Assembly (NCBI GenBank): GCA_964016885.1
Contig: OZ024749.1
Span: 15,624,001 to 15,688,000, forward strand
Direction: 5' to 3'
Length of the DNA: 64,000 nucleotides
Origin: Eledone cirrhosa
Lineage: Eukaryota
Part shown: piece by piece, positions 1-21,745 of the stretch
How positions within the stretch are numbered: the first letter of the stretch is position 1
Layout: the number at the start of each line of letters is the position of its first letter
Notes under the pieces: generated by a model
The model's database searches: none
The model's input: the letters and a program-made list of their open reading frames with translations, nothing else
What the model was told of the DNA's origin: nothing
Translations under genes and position numbers: made by a program

Positions 1-1048
1 GTTTCTACTATTGGCACAAGGCCAGCAATTACCCAGTACATTACTGGTACTTTATTTTATCGACCCCGTAAGGATGAAAGGCAAAGTCAACCTCGGCAGG
101 GTTTGAACTCAGATCGTAAAGGGACGTAACTATGTTGGAAAGCATGGCATCTGACCTTCTACCGATACTGCCAATCCACTGCCTTTAATTCCTATAATAA
201 AGATTTCTACTATAGGCACAAGGCCAGTAATTCCTATAATAATAGGAGCTCTAGGAATGATAAAAACCCCACAGACAGACACATCACCAAAACTACAGGA
301 CTTTCAGATATAAACACCATACAGAAAATAACACTACTATGTACTGCACACATATTACAAAGAATACTCTCAATACAACTGAAATAACAACACCAAAAAC
401 AGCACTGCACATACCCACAGCTGTGCTCGGTAATGCAATAATGATTGTTTCTACTTTAGGTGCAAGGCCATCAATTACCCAGTACATTACTGGTACTTTA
501 TTTTATCGACCCCGTAAGGATGAAAGGCAAAGTCAACCTCGGCGGGATTTGAACTCAGATTGTAAAGGGACGTAACTATGCTGGAAAGCATGGCGTCCGA
601 CCCTCTACCGATACTGCCAATCTAATGCAATAATAATAATATTAGTTCCTACTTTTGGCACAAGGCCAACAATTATCCCAGTGTATTACTGGTACTTTAT
701 TTTATCAACCCCGTAAGGATTAAAGGCAAAATTAACCTTGACGGGATTTGAACTCAGTCCATAAAGGGACGTAACTGTATTGCAAAGCATGGCGTCCGAC
801 ACTCTACCGATACTGCCAATCCACCGCCCTAAATAATAATAATAATAATGATTTCTATTAGATGCACAAGGCCAGCAATTTTGGGGAAGGGGAAAGTCGA
901 TTAAATCGACCCCAGTACATTACTGGTGCTTTATTTTATCGAACCTGTAAGGATGAAAGGCAAAGCTAACCTTGGTGAGATTTGAACTCAGAACATAAAG
1001 GGGGCTGTAACTCTATGCGGCAAAGTAGGTGTCCAATGCTCTACCGAT
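1..1048 (-). mobile_element. Cluster of four tRNA-derived SINE copies (octopus OR-type), about 1-183, 447-625, 645-829, 851-1048
   Basis: Repeated ~180-bp unit. Minus strand has A box TGGCAGTATCGGT, B box GAGTTCAAATCC, core GCCTTTCATCCTTACGGGGTCGATAAAATAAAGTACCAG and an (ATT)n tail. Confidence 0.85.
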
Positions 1049-1184
1049 TAGACTAGAAGTAAGTTAAATATATATGTGAGGTGTGTCATGTAAGTTAACT
1101 CTCCTCATTTTGGTTTTTGCCTCCCAGCTGAAGTAATTTCACTACTGACCTACATTAGAGGTCCCTAACCTTTTGTGCACCATG

Positions 1185-1384
1185 NNNNNNNNNNNNNNNN
1201 NNNNNNNNNNNNNNNNNNNNNNNNNNNNNNNNNNNNNNNNNNNNNNNNNNNNNNNNNNNNNNNNNNNNNNNNNNNNNNNNNNNNNNNNNNNNNNNNNNNN
1301 NNNNNNNNNNNNNNNNNNNNNNNNNNNNNNNNNNNNNNNNNNNNNNNNNNNNNNNNNNNNNNNNNNNNNNNNNNNNNNNNNNNN
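1185..1384. other. Assembly gap (200 N)
   Basis: Run of exactly 200 N. Confidence 0.99.
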
Positions 1385-2858
<1,474 letters not shown>

Positions 2859-3254
2859 CCTATAAAAATAAAGGAACAAAGATTCAGTGTTGCATCATAA
2901 CATATTACATATGTTTCAGTATTGATCAGCTCAAGGAATGACCTATTATTGACCGAACCTGACTCTGTAATAGAAAGATCATCAGAAATGTTTCCTATGT
3001 AATCTCGTCTCTCATTCTATGCATGATTCCTTTTTATATATTTTTGTAGAACTAAACAAAAAATTTTTTTATATAATGTATATATTGTATAGATTTTTAG
3101 TTTCCTTAAACTCTTTAACACACACACATATATATATATATATATGTGTGTGTGTATGTGTATATATATATATATATAGTCGATCGACTTTCGTCAAATC
3201 GGACCGAGGAAACAATGTTTCCATTGGTCTTTCTAATTGCTAATACTATCTGTC

Positions 3255-3391
3255 GGTCGCAACTCCAGGTAGAAGGAGCAACATGAAATAAAGTGTCTTG
3301 CTCAAGGACAAAAGGCATTGCCCGGTTCGGGAATCGAACTCACAACCTCAAGATTGTGAATCCAGTTCTCTAACCACTCAGCCACACGCCT
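3255..3391 (-). mobile_element. tRNA-derived CORE-type SINE (second family)
   Basis: Minus strand GGCGTGTGGCTGAGTGGTTAG (A box), GAGTTCGATTCC (B box), GTCCTTGAGCAAGACACTTTATTTCA core. Related copies at 14378-14440, 19290-19426, 30040-30370, 51380-51803, 51903-51990. Confidence 0.8.
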
Positions 3392-3491
3392 CCACATACA
3401 TACACACACATATACATATATATATATATATATATGTGTGTGAGTATGTGTGTGTATAGTTTTATATACATACACACACACACACACACAC

Positions 3492-3565
<74 letters not shown>

Positions 3566-3571
<6 letters not shown>

Positions 3572-3791
3572 ATACTTTGGGAGGGTCAGGCTGCCAATAA
3601 AAACACATGCACCTGTTAGTTTTCACTTCAATTTATTATAAATTTCTGGTTGGTTGGTTGGTTCGATACCCAGATTGTAGTTTATATATTGTCAAATCTC
3701 TTTCGTCTCACATTTTGTGACCTCCTCAGTGACTGGGTTTTTATTTTGTGTGTTTTTATTGGCATCCTGACCCTCCCAAAGTATAGCAATA
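3566..3791. repeat. Module with ~42-bp inverted arms inside a TA tract
   Basis: ATTGTTATACTTTGGGAGGGTCAGGCTGCCAATAAAAACACA (3566-3607) and its reverse complement (3749-3791). Related pieces at 43125-43195 and 55890-55911. Confidence 0.7.
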
Positions 3792-4298
3792 TCTGTTTCA
3801 ACACTAGTTTTCAGATAAGAAATCTTGCAAAAGAAATTAAAAAATGAAGTATATATATATACATAAGTTTACATTTCAATCATGTGATTCTGGGGTTGAT
3901 TTGACCGTGTGACATCTTGGGTGAAAGTCTTCGTGTTAGCCACTATCCTGATGACTAGAAGTTGGTAGACAAAGACAACTCAAAAGTGTTTTGTGTGTAT
4001 TTGTTTATATACACGTATATACATATATATATATATATATATGAAAATGTGCGTATTTGTGTATGTTTATATATGTATATATATATATATATATGAAAAT
4101 GTGTGTATGTGTGTATATGTATATCTATATTTATGAAAACATGTATGTGTGTATATGTTTATATATGTATATGAAAACGTGTATGTGTGTGTGTGTGTAT
4201 ATATATATATATGCTTTTTATATGAAAAAGTGTTGTATGTGTATATATGTGTGTGTGTATGTCTGTCCATATTTACATATACCGGTGTTGAGTTGCAT

Positions 4299-5306
4299 CC
4301 CTTTATACCAAACCTGAAACTTATTGATCTCATTAAATGGAGATTAATTAAACAAGAGCCAGACAAAACTAGTGTCAATAACGATTCTGAATGGCAATAA
4401 AAAACATGGCTACAATCTACTGACAGAAACCCATAAAATCTGAATCCTTTTGTTACTATATTTCTAATGAAAGGTACTGTTGGCTTTTGGAACATAAAGG
4501 TTCTCATAAATATAAACATTTTAACCCTTTTGTTACCATATTTCTAATGGAAGACATTATTAGAACATAACATAACAAAGGTTCTTTCATAAAAGTTTGA
4601 TGGAAAGGTTTTAGATAAATATAAACACTTTAACCCTTTTATTACCATATTTTTAATGAAAGACATTGTCCCCTATAATTTTCAAATAATTTTGAAAATA
4701 ATAAAGAATGTGAGGGCATTTAATAATATAACTAACTTTCTTATTATTAAATTGGTGTTGGAAACAGCATAGGTTCTTATTCAAAATTATGTTGCCTATG
4801 ATTTTCAAAACAATCAAGAAGAATTTAGAAATATAACTAATATTCTCATTATTAAGCAAGTGCTTGGAACATAACTTAACAAAGGTTCTTTCAAAAAATA
4901 ATGATCGAAGGTTTATAAATAAATATAAACACTTACACTTTTGTTACTATATTTCTACTGAAAGACAGGCAATTTAGAAATATAACTAACTTTCTTATCA
5001 TTAAGCTGATGTTTGGAACATAACTTGACAAAGGTTCTTACATAAAATCACGATTAAAGGTTTTAAGATAAATGTAAACACTTTAAAACTTTCATTACCA
5101 TATTTCTAATGAAAACACACCTATGATTTTACATAATTCTGAAATATAGAAGAATTTAGAAGGATTTAGCAATATAACTAACTTTCTCATTATCAAGGTA
5201 CTTTAGTTAAATTATGATGGAAGTTTCTTTTATATGTAAATATAACAATTTAAAACAGTTTTGTAATGGAGAACCTTGGGTAGTTTCAGGTATGAAAAGG
5301 GTTAAA
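4299..5306. mobile_element. piggyBac-like non-autonomous element with internal tandem subrepeats
   Basis: Imperfect TIRs CCCTTT..ACCTGAAACT / AGTTTCAGGT..AAAGGG followed by TTAA. Internal units begin AACCCTTTTGTTACCATATTTCTAATGAAAG. Related fragments at 44205-44305 and 44460-44615. Confidence 0.55.
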
Positions 5307-5529
5307 TAAATAGTAGGGAAGATGCATCCCCTCTACATAGACACACACACTAATGTTAAATAAATAGTAGGGAAGATGCATCCCCTCTACATAGACACAC
5401 ACACACACACACTAATCTGAATTATATGCATCTATTTTTGCAAATTTATTTAAACAGTTTCTCAGTTATTTTTATATTATATATTGTGAAGCATATAGCT
5501 GAAGCATATAGACAATCTGACCCCCCCAC

Positions 5530-5747
5530 ACACTGCAAAGTGGTCGTGGAGCTGCCATGGCAAAAAAGCACCCAGCACTCACTGTAAATGAGGTTGGTGT
5601 TAGGAAGGGCATCCAGCTGTAGAAATCAAGCCAGAATCAGTTCCCGTATGGGCAAGACAAGGTCAGCCAACCGGACACAGCTCAAAACAGGACAACCCGT
5701 CTAACCCATGCTAGTGTGGAAGAACAGATGTAAAAGAGTGATGATGT
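5530..5747 (+). mobile_element. SINE/LINE 3' tail sharing the RTE 3' UTR
   Basis: GGTTGGTGTTAGGAAGGGCATCCAGCTGTAGAAA followed by a (TGA)n end. Matches the 3' UTRs of the LINEs at 7993-8330 and 11465-11720. Second copy at 14468-14636. Confidence 0.7.
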
Positions 5748-5926
5748 ATATATATATATATATATACATACACACACAAATACATATATGTATGTGTTGC
5801 ACGACGTAGAGTGTTTTTCCTATTACATCATGATTAACTAAACAGAATGATCAGTTCTATGCATTGATGAACCACAAAACATAAATGACTAATATATATA
5901 TATATATATATATATAGATATATATT

Positions 5927-6365
5927 TGTTTCTACTTTTGGCACAAGGCCAGCAATTACCCAGTGTATTACTGGTACTTTATTTTATCGACCCCGTAAGG
6001 ATGAAAGGCAAAGTTAACCTCTCATCCTTACGGGGTCGATAAAATAAAGTACCAGTAATGTATATATATAATGTATGTATAGAGCAGCACAGCCTCAGCT
6101 GGTTGGCTGGAACAGGTAAAAGAGTATATATATATGTATGTATAAATGTATATATATTCATTTATTATGGCTAAGTAGTGAGTCATGTTACTCTGGAGTT
6201 GCACCTATACACAGACATGATGTGAAGCCCCACAAAGATCTCTATCATACTTTCAACTAGCTGTGACTGTCTGTCCATATCTCTGTCCCCCTCTCTTTCT
6301 GTGTGGGATGGAGAAATTAATGTAGATGAGAGCTACAAAGCAATACTTTGTCTATTCTGGTACCA

Positions 6366-6401
<36 letters not shown>

Positions 6402-6730
6402 AGTGTTTATCTCTAACACGCAGCCTTAAAGACATTTCCTCAAATTATTTGTGTAACCATTGCTGTTCTTTAAGAAACTTACTTTTTGTTTGTTTGTTTA
6501 CATTGGTCTTATTCTTCATAATAATAATAATTATATAGGCACAAGGCCAGCAATTTTGGGGAAGAGGAAAGTCGATTAAATCGCCCCCAGTGCGTGACTG
6601 GTACTTTATTTTATCGACCCCGTAAGGATGAGAGGTTAACTTTGCCTTTCATCCTTACGGGGGTCGATAAAATAAAGTACCAGTAATACACTGGGGTAAT
6701 TGCTGGCCTTGTGCCAAAAGTAGAAACAAT
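5927..6730. mobile_element. Two fold-back SINE fragments (5927-6058 and 6535-6730) in inverted orientation
   Basis: The SINE core is present as a hairpin in both, with the same junction GGATGAGAGGTTAAC / GTTAACCTCTCATCC. Confidence 0.75.
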
Positions 6731-7992
<1,262 letters not shown>

Positions 7993-9396
7993 TCATCATC
8001 ATCAGGTTTAGCGTCCGTGTTCCACGCTTGCATGGGTTTGGACGGGGGTTTTCCCACTTGAGGCAAGAGTGCTTGTCTTGCTCGCATAGGACTGTCTGGC
8101 GGGTTTTCTACAGTTGGATGCCCTTCCTAACACCAACCACATTTACAGTGTGGGGCTGGGAGGTTTTTACCGTGTTGCCTACACGGCCACATTACAGCGT
8201 GGACTGTCTGGCTGGTTTTCTACAGCTGGATGCCCTTCCTAACACCAACCACATTTACAGTGTGGGGCTGGGAGGTTTTTACCGTGTTGCCTACACGGCC
8301 ACATTTACAGCGTGGACTGTGTGTTTTTTGTCGTGACACCTACACGATCTCATTTGTTTCGGCCTGGATGTTGTGGGACCAACATAACTTTACATTGAAA
8401 GGGGCGGTGTGGGTGGGGTGGAGGTGGTGGGTCGGGGGTGTGTTTTGATAGAGGTGCCTACTGACTGTAGTAGGTTTTTACTTTGTATTTAGGTAAGGCG
8501 GGTCTTCTCTATTACTGAGTACCGCCAAAGGTCTCGGTCCAGTGACATTGTCTTGGAGAGGTGTAAGCGTGTGAGGTCGGAATTTATCAGCTCGTCCCAT
8601 GTTTTTCTGGGTCTGCCTACTCCGTGGCTACCGTCTATCTTTATTGCCCTGCACTTTGTTATACAGCTGTCGTCTTTCATGCGCATCACGTGACCGTACC
8701 AACGTAGCCTTCTCTCGAGTAAACAACATCTGATCCCTCTTATTTCTAATTTTTTCCTTAGTTCGTTTATGCTTTGCCGTTCATGTATATTACTATTGCA
8801 CATCCAGCGGAGCATGCAAGCTTCGTTCCTCTCTAGTCTGCGTATATCTTCTGCACACAATGCCCAGGTCTCACTGCCATGCAGCATTGCTGTTCGTATG
8901 CAGGCATCGTATAACCTGCCTTTCATTTTTAGGGAGAACCCTCTAGCGGCTAATAGTGGTATAAGCTCTCTGAACTTTTTCCATCCAGTTCTGACTCTAG
9001 CTACTGTACTTTCAGAGCACCCTCCCCCACTGCTGATTTTGTCACCCAGATAACGGAAGCTGTCCACTATTTCTATAGAACCCTCTGCGCAGTTGAAGGA
9101 GCTAGTATTTTGTGGGCACTTGCTGCTACTTATTGCACCAGAGCACCGGCCACATGTAAAATCTATGTTCTTAGTTAGCTTACCTGTGATCCCACTACAT
9201 CTTTTATGCACCCATACTTTGCATTTGGGACATAAAATGGAGTTTCTACCTACGCCTTTCCTACACACTGAGCATGGCCATTTCCCCGATGGGACCGCCG
9301 CCTTATTTTCTTTCCTACAAACTAGAACTTTAGTCTTAGCCAGGTTAATTTTAAGGCCTTTTGATTCTAGGCCGTGCTTCCACGTTTGGAATTTTA
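7993..9396 (-). mobile_element. 5'-truncated RTE-clade LINE (end of ORF2 plus 3' UTR with (TGA)n tail)
   Basis: Frame 9393-8489 reads [10 protein letters not shown], then a PHD-like Cys cluster, then [37 protein letters not shown]: typical RTE C-terminus. (TCA)n on the + strand at 7993. Confidence 0.9.
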
Positions 9397-11464
<2,068 letters not shown>

Positions 11465-11853
11465 TCATCATCATCATCATCACCGTTTTACGTCCGTTCT
11501 TCCACGCTAGCATGGGTTAGACGGGTTGTCCTGTTGTGGGCAGTGTCTGGTCGGCTGACCATGCCTTGCTCATACAGGAACTGATCTGGCTTGATTTCTA
11601 CAGCTGGATGCCCTTCCTAACACCAACCTCATTTACAGTGAGTGCTGGGTGCTTTTTCGTGGCGCCTACACGTCCACTTTACAGTGTGGGCTGGGTGCTT
11701 TTTTGCCGTGGCACCTCCACGACCACCTTGCGGTGGGGGGAGTGGGGGCATATTGTTTATATGCTTCAGCATGTACCCATGGGAGGTCGGGTACCCTGTA
11801 TTACTGCGTGACGCCAGAAGTCACGGTCGTGTGTCATTGACTTTGAGAGGTGT
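11465..11853 (-). mobile_element. 3' end of a related RTE LINE
   Basis: Encodes [19 protein letters not shown], homologous to the end of the 8489-9268 ORF; same 3' UTR motif and (TGA)n tail. Confidence 0.85.
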
Positions 11854-11854
11854 A

Positions 11855-13478
<1,624 letters not shown>

Positions 13479-13980
13479 CAGTCAAGGCAAAGTTAACCTC
13501 GGCGGGATTTGAACTCAGAATGGAAAGGGCCGTAACTCTATGCGTCAAAGCTTAGCGTCCGACCTTCTACCGATAATAATAATGGTTTCTTATATAGGCA
13601 CAAGGCCAGCAATTTTTGGGGAGGGGATAGTCGATTAAATCGACCCCAGTGCATGACTGGTACTTTATTGACCCAAGAAGGATGAGAGGCAAAGTTAACC
13701 TTGACAGGTTAATAATGGTTTCTACTCTAGGTACAGAGCCAGCAGTTTTGGGGGAAGGGGAAGTTGATTAAATCGACCCCAGTAAATTACTGGTACTATA
13801 TCTTCCCCATAAGGATGAAAGGCAAAGCTAACCACGGTGGGATTTGAACACAAAACATAAAGGGCCATAGCTCTCTGCCACAAAGTGTGCAATGCACTAC
13901 TGTAGGCACAAGGCCAACAATTTTGGGGGAGAGGGGAAGTTGTTTAAATCGACTCTAGCGCATTACTGGTACTTTATTTC
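13479..13980 (-). mobile_element. Cluster of OR-type SINE fragments
   Basis: Same core and tail motifs as 1-1048. Confidence 0.8.
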
Positions 13981-14916
13981 AATACAATAATAATAATGCT
14001 AAATGTATGGAGATAAGTATCTTTGTAATTAGGTTAGATGGCCATGGGAGGATTGGATGAAGAAAAGCCAACAATAATGTAGTTTTTGCTACATGAGAGG
14101 ATGGAGGGGTTTTTAAAATGAATTTTAGTGGTCACAGTAGGGTTATGGGTGGGGGTGATTGCTGTAGATGTTGGTATGTAGGTGGGGACAGAGAGAGAAG
14201 GAACTGACCAAACAACACACACACACTCACACACGCACTCACACACTCACACACACGCATACTCACACATACACACACACACACACTCTCTCTGCTGTCA
14301 TGCAACAAATAATGTTTCTATATGGATATGTGTGTGATTGTGTTATATGACTGTCTGTGTGTGTATATATATATGTGTTGTTTCCTTGAGCAAGACACTT
14401 TATTTCACATTGCTCCAGTTTACTCAGCTGTAGAAATGAGATGATAGGGACTGGGGTCCATATCATTCCACTGCAAAGTGGTCGTGGAGGTGCCACGGCA
14501 AAAAAGCACCCAGCACTCACTGTAAATGAGGTTGGTGTTAGGCAGGGCATCCAGCTGTAGAAATCAAGCCAGAATCAGTTCCTGTCCCACCCTTGCAAGC
14601 AGGGAAAAGCGGACATAAAATGATGATGATGATGATATATATGTATTTTATGGTCATCACCCTATTTTATAAGTAATTATTTTATACCATCTCCGCGAAA
14701 GCACACACCACTCTTTATATATACATATATATATATAAGAGGAAAATGAGAAGTTATAGATGTTAGAGTCTTTTATTAATTGAGCCGTTATACATATTTC
14801 CATGACGATAGATATCCCGAGAAGGGAGCGAAAAACCAAAGCATAAACATACATTTTTTTTAGTCCGCTCACTTCCACCTATAATTACCTCGAAACGTTA
14901 CCTTTTATTCCATTTT

Positions 14917-14967
14917 GCTGTCTGAAGAAATCACCATATCTATTGTCATGGAAATATGTATAACGGC
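14917..14967 (+). ncRNA. Type-I hammerhead-like motif with damaged stem II
   Basis: GCTGT-CTGAAGA...GAAA-TATGTA-TA-ACGGC; stem I GCTGT/ACGGC. Lies in a module with an inverted arm at 14737-14818. Confidence 0.55.
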
Positions 14968-14976
14968 TCAATTAAT

Positions 14977-15165
14977 TGTTTCTACTTTTGGCACAAGGCC
15001 AGCAATTACCCCAGTACATTACTGGTACTTTATTTTATCGACCCCCGTAAGGATGAAAAGCAAAATTAACCTCGGCGGGATTTGAACTTAGAATGGCAAG
15101 GGCCGTAACTCTATGCGTTAAAACATGGCGTCCGACCCTCTACCGATACTGCCAATCCACCGCCC
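14977..15165 (-). mobile_element. Full-length OR-type SINE inserted in the hammerhead module
   Basis: Complete SINE. The flanks rejoin to match the inverted arm at 14737-14800. Confidence 0.85.
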
Positions 15166-15298
15166 TTTTAATAAAACACTCTAACATCTTCAATTTCGTA
15201 TTTTCCTCTTTATGAATATACTCCGTCATCCTTATTTTAAAGAAGTAATATGATTTGAGTGCTTCAGATGAATTACATCATTATATACTGAATATTTG

Positions 15299-17506
<2,208 letters not shown>

Positions 17507-17913
17507 GTAGGAGGTGAGTTTTATTGTAGTACAATAAAGCAATGCAGATATCGGATAAGTAGCACTCTACAGTTTGTAGGACTGGAGTATAAATAATATA
17601 AGATCAAAAGATGGTTAAAAGAGTTCCAAGTATTTTATTATGCGCATTTCAAAAACAAATATCATCATGAGATGACATTTGCGTTTTCGTCAGATAAAAT
17701 AGGGATACATGATATAAAGGTTAAAAAACACTTGTGAATGGTGCAGTTTTATATCAACATATCATGTTGATTTAAAACTGGTTTTTAACCTTCATATCAT
17801 GTCTCCCTATTTTATCTGACGAAAACGCAAATGTCATCTCATGATGATATTTGTTTTTGATATGCGCATAATAAAATACGTGGAACTCTTTTAACCATCT
17901 TTTGATCTTATAT
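17507..17913. mobile_element. Palindromic non-coding element with a hammerhead motif in each arm (pLTR/retrozyme-like, family A)
   Basis: Arms ~17592-17760 and ~17764-17913. Minus strand 17631-17701: TATTTTAT-CTGACGA-stem II-GAAA-TGCGCA-TA-ATAAAATA. Plus-strand copy 17808-17878 has GAAA>GATA. Confidence 0.8.
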
Positions 17914-18161
17914 TATATATATACATATATATATGATATATATACATCATATGTCTATATATATATATACATATATATATATGATATATATACATCATAT
18001 GTCTATATATATATATATACATATATATATATGATATATATACATCATATGTCTATATATATATATACATATATATATATGATATATATACATCATATGT
18101 CTATATATACATATATATATGATATATATACATCATATGTCTATATATATATATATATATA

Positions 18162-18500
18162 TGGTGGCTGCCAACTCGTTTTAGAGTACGGCCACTACTT
18201 TATATCCATGTAGGAGAACCCCCACCGATGCGCTGAACGAGCGTGACTTCTTAGTCCAGCCAGCGACTTGAAAACTCTGGTACAAACATTACACTTGTGA
18301 CAATTATTGACACATAGTGCTGGGCCCATGCTACCATGTGACGACAAGTGCAGAGAGATCTCCAGATATAAAGCAATGCCTGTGCCGTAAAGCTTTTATA
18401 GTGAGCAAAGGCACTGTACAAAGCCAGTCCCACTCTCTTAACCAAGATGATATTTACCAAAAAGAAGAACAAGTCAACATCATTGGATACCATCAGGGTT
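18162..18500 (-). mobile_element. Degenerate RTE/BovB-like LINE 3' fragment with terminal C2H2 finger
   Basis: Minus strand encodes HKCNVCTRVFKSLAGLRSHARSAH, preceded by a WRSL motif. Confidence 0.6.
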
Positions 18501-18721
18501 GCAGGTGTTATATCAGAGTTTTCCTTCTCCTAGACAAAGGCTAAGGGGCCATCTCTCCCGGATGTACATATATATATATATATACATACATACATACATA
18601 CATATATATATGATATACATACATTATATGTCTGTGTATATATATATATACATACACACATGTCTGTTTGTGTGCATGAGTGTGCACATGTATGTTTTTT
18701 GCAAATGTCAGAACCTATATG

Positions 18722-18768
<47 letters not shown>

Positions 18769-18894
18769 TATAAATATGTTGATACATGTACACATATTTC
18801 TATATTTTTTATCTTCAATAAATTTTTATAAAAAATAACTACTTTCTCTAGTTTTTGTCTGTTTATTTTCCATCTATTTTTTCTGGATTGTCAT

Positions 18895-19283
18895 AGTGTG
18901 ATGATGATGATGTTGGCGTTGGTGGTGGTGGTGGTGATAGCAAAGTATTGTGATGATGATGATGTTGGCATTGGTGGGTGGTGGTGCTGGTGGTGATGAT
19001 GATGTTGGCAATGGTGGTGGTGGTGATAGCAGAGTATTGTGATGATGATAATGATGATGTTGGCATTGGTGGGTGGTGGTGGTGATGATGATGTTGGCAA
19101 TGGTGGTGGTGGTGGTGGCAATCATGGTGATGGTGTTGGTGATGATAACAGAGTATTGTGATGATGATGATGTTGGCAATGGTGGGTGGTGGTGGTGATG
19201 GCAATCATAGTGATGGTGAGAGTGATGATGTTTGTAATGGTGGTGGTGATAGTGTAATGGTGGTGATGGTGGTGATAGTGGCA
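18895..19283. repeat. (GGT)n/(GAT)n minisatellite, ~65-70-bp unit anchored on AGAGTATTGT
   Basis: Seen directly. Confidence 0.85.
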
Positions 19284-19561
19284 TTGTAACTCATTTCTAC
19301 AGCTGAATATATTGGAGCAACATGAAATAAAGTGTGTTAAAGGACACAACACACAGCCTGGTCAGGGAATCGAACTCACAACTTCATAATTGTAAGCCTG
19401 ACACTCTAACCACTAAGCCATGCGCCACACACACACACATATAATATATCAAAAGCAATGGTTTTACAATCCACCAGCAATCTCAGATAAGAGTAAACAT
19501 TTAGTCATAGTTCTTTATGTATGTGTGTGTGTATATATATATATATATATTATATATATAA

Positions 19562-19722
19562 GAAAATGTATGACACCGACGGCATAGCTCAAGCTACCGT
19601 TTCGAAACGGCTTGAGCTCTGGCGTCCGGGTCATACATTTTCCTATTACCCACTCTACTACCCTAAGTATTGAGTACTCTGGTGCGTTATGGTCCATCTG
19701 GTTCCTTACCACAACTCCTTCG

Positions 19723-19723
<1 letters not shown>
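19562..19723 (+). mobile_element. Fold-back non-coding module (family B); relatives at 26918-27075 and 48489-48691
   Basis: Hairpin 19563-19640 plus tail AAGTATTGAGTACTCTGG...ACCAC. Present in reverse orientation, with a larger hairpin, at 48489-48691. Confidence 0.7.
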
Positions 19724-19756
<33 letters not shown>

Positions 19757-20278
19757 CTGTCTGTGTGTGCCTGTGTATAGAGTATTGGCAAAAATGCAAA
19801 TGGAAAAAGAGTTACATAAGACGAACAGATAACTTCATCTTTATCTCGTTAACCACCTTCTGGCGAGCAATTTTGTGCATTCAAGTGGGACTGCACAACA
19901 GATTTTCAGATGTCTTTTGACAAAGAACAGACAAATGCAAAAGGATACTAGAAATAAACAACAGATTTCTGAGTGAGTTAAAACAAAAGACATTTTAAAA
20001 TGCGTAACAGTTTAATGCTGGAAAGATGGAAATATTTAAACTTTCGTCAAAGGAATGTAGTTGGCTACCTACTGAATCTACGTCATGAAAGAAAGCGGAA
20101 TGGTTGGAAGCAGCAGGTGGAAAGAGAGTGAGAGAAACAGGGAATGAGTTGATATATATATATGATGAAGGACTTCTGTTCGAAGCGTCGAACTGTCCTC
20201 CATTTCCTCCAAGCGTGAACCTAATATAACTGTATTTTTGCATTTCTGCATCTTTTTTGTTTCCTTTATTAACTATAT

Positions 20279-20319
<41 letters not shown>

Positions 20320-20364
20320 TGTCTGTATGTATATATGTATGTATATATATATGTCTGTATGTAT

Positions 20365-20405
<41 letters not shown>

Positions 20406-20446
20406 TGTCTATATGTATGTATATATATATGTATATATATATGTAT

Positions 20447-21745
20447 GTATCGGACACACGTACACATACAGAAACTGCTGACCTAAATGTACCTGTCATG
20501 CCTGTCTGAATTCCTAAGAGAACTTTCGGCCAGTTACTATCTTGACCGATTACCCTCACACTTACTACGTAGCGGTTCTTGCACGTGACTGCTGGACCCG
20601 GATGAAACGAAGACGAAGAATTTCCTTGCGTACCGTTTTGTACCACAGATGCGATCTCACTCTGCCTCATTAATGTTCAATCGACACCAAAGTTCTACGT
20701 TCGGAGCAATAGAATTGAATCCAACCACCGACAACATAGTTGGATGACCGATAATCACACCAAACCGGAGTACTGTGATCCTTGTGATTTCGAGATATAC
20801 AACCACTGACACTGTTACGAAGACCATAAAACAATACTCCATAATATTGAACCAAGTGATTGATTTGTGCGACCAAAATAACACCACACACATATTAAAA
20901 TAGGAATATTGGATCCTCCGTGAATGTCTGGGTGAGCAAAAATAGATTTCTATCTGCATTGGAATTTACGAACTTGTGCATCTGCTGTGGTGTCAAAAAC
21001 AAAACGCACATGACCGCACAGATGAACACTGGACTATGCCACGTGGCTTGAACCTGCAAGTGAATTGAAGGATGTGTAACTCTGATATACAGATTATTTA
21101 TTATTAAGATGTATAAACTTGACATAACTATTATCATCTTATATTCTCTCAAATAATCACATTTGATTATATTTCCCGTTTTCTCCCCCCATATTTATAA
21201 TATTTTTATTTGAAAAAATCGTTTTTTTTTACATTGTGTTTTCCCCTTCTAATACTTGCTTATATTTCTTTATATATTCTCTATATATCTTTTTATATAT
21301 ATTTTTTATCTTTATTCTTATCTTCACTTTTATCCTCCTTTATATTTTACCTTATTCTTATTTTTATACCTTATTATAGTGTAATCTTCCCCATGCCTTA
21401 TTATACATTATTAATTATAGATTATTATTATTACTCTTTGGGCGGTGAATTGGCAGTATCGGTAGAGGGTCGGACGCCATGCTTTCCAGCATAGTTACGT
21501 CCCTTTACGATCTGAGTTCAAATCCTGCCGAGGTTGACTTTGCCTTTCATCCTTACGGGGTCGATAAAATAAAGTACCAGTAATGCACTGGGTAATTGCT
21601 GGCCTTGTGCCTAAAGTAGAAACAATTAATATTACTCTTTTTCCATTTCTAATTACCTCATGTACGTTCTCCTCCGTTATATATATATTGTGTGCTTTTT
21701 GTGTGTGTGTAGCCTCTGGACACCCTCTGCACCCTACTATCGACG
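20447..21745 (+). repeat. Upstream copy of a ~1.1-kb direct repeat flanking the Penelope-like ORF
   Basis: Near-identical to 25504-26592 apart from a SINE insertion and small indels. Confidence 0.92.
21440..21629 (+). mobile_element. OR-type SINE with 11-bp TSD
   Basis: TATTACTCTTT at 21429-21439 and 21630-21640. The empty site is present in the second repeat copy near 26480. Confidence 0.92.

Noticed and set aside
18863-19352. His/Pro/Thr-rich ORFs
   Set aside because: Trinucleotide minisatellite, open in all three minus frames.
20162-20190. TGATGA-AGGAC-TTCT-GTTC-GAAGCGTC hammerhead remnant (related tail at 46236-46335)
   Set aside because: Two core positions altered and no stem I. Probably a decayed pLTR, so not counted as a ribozyme.
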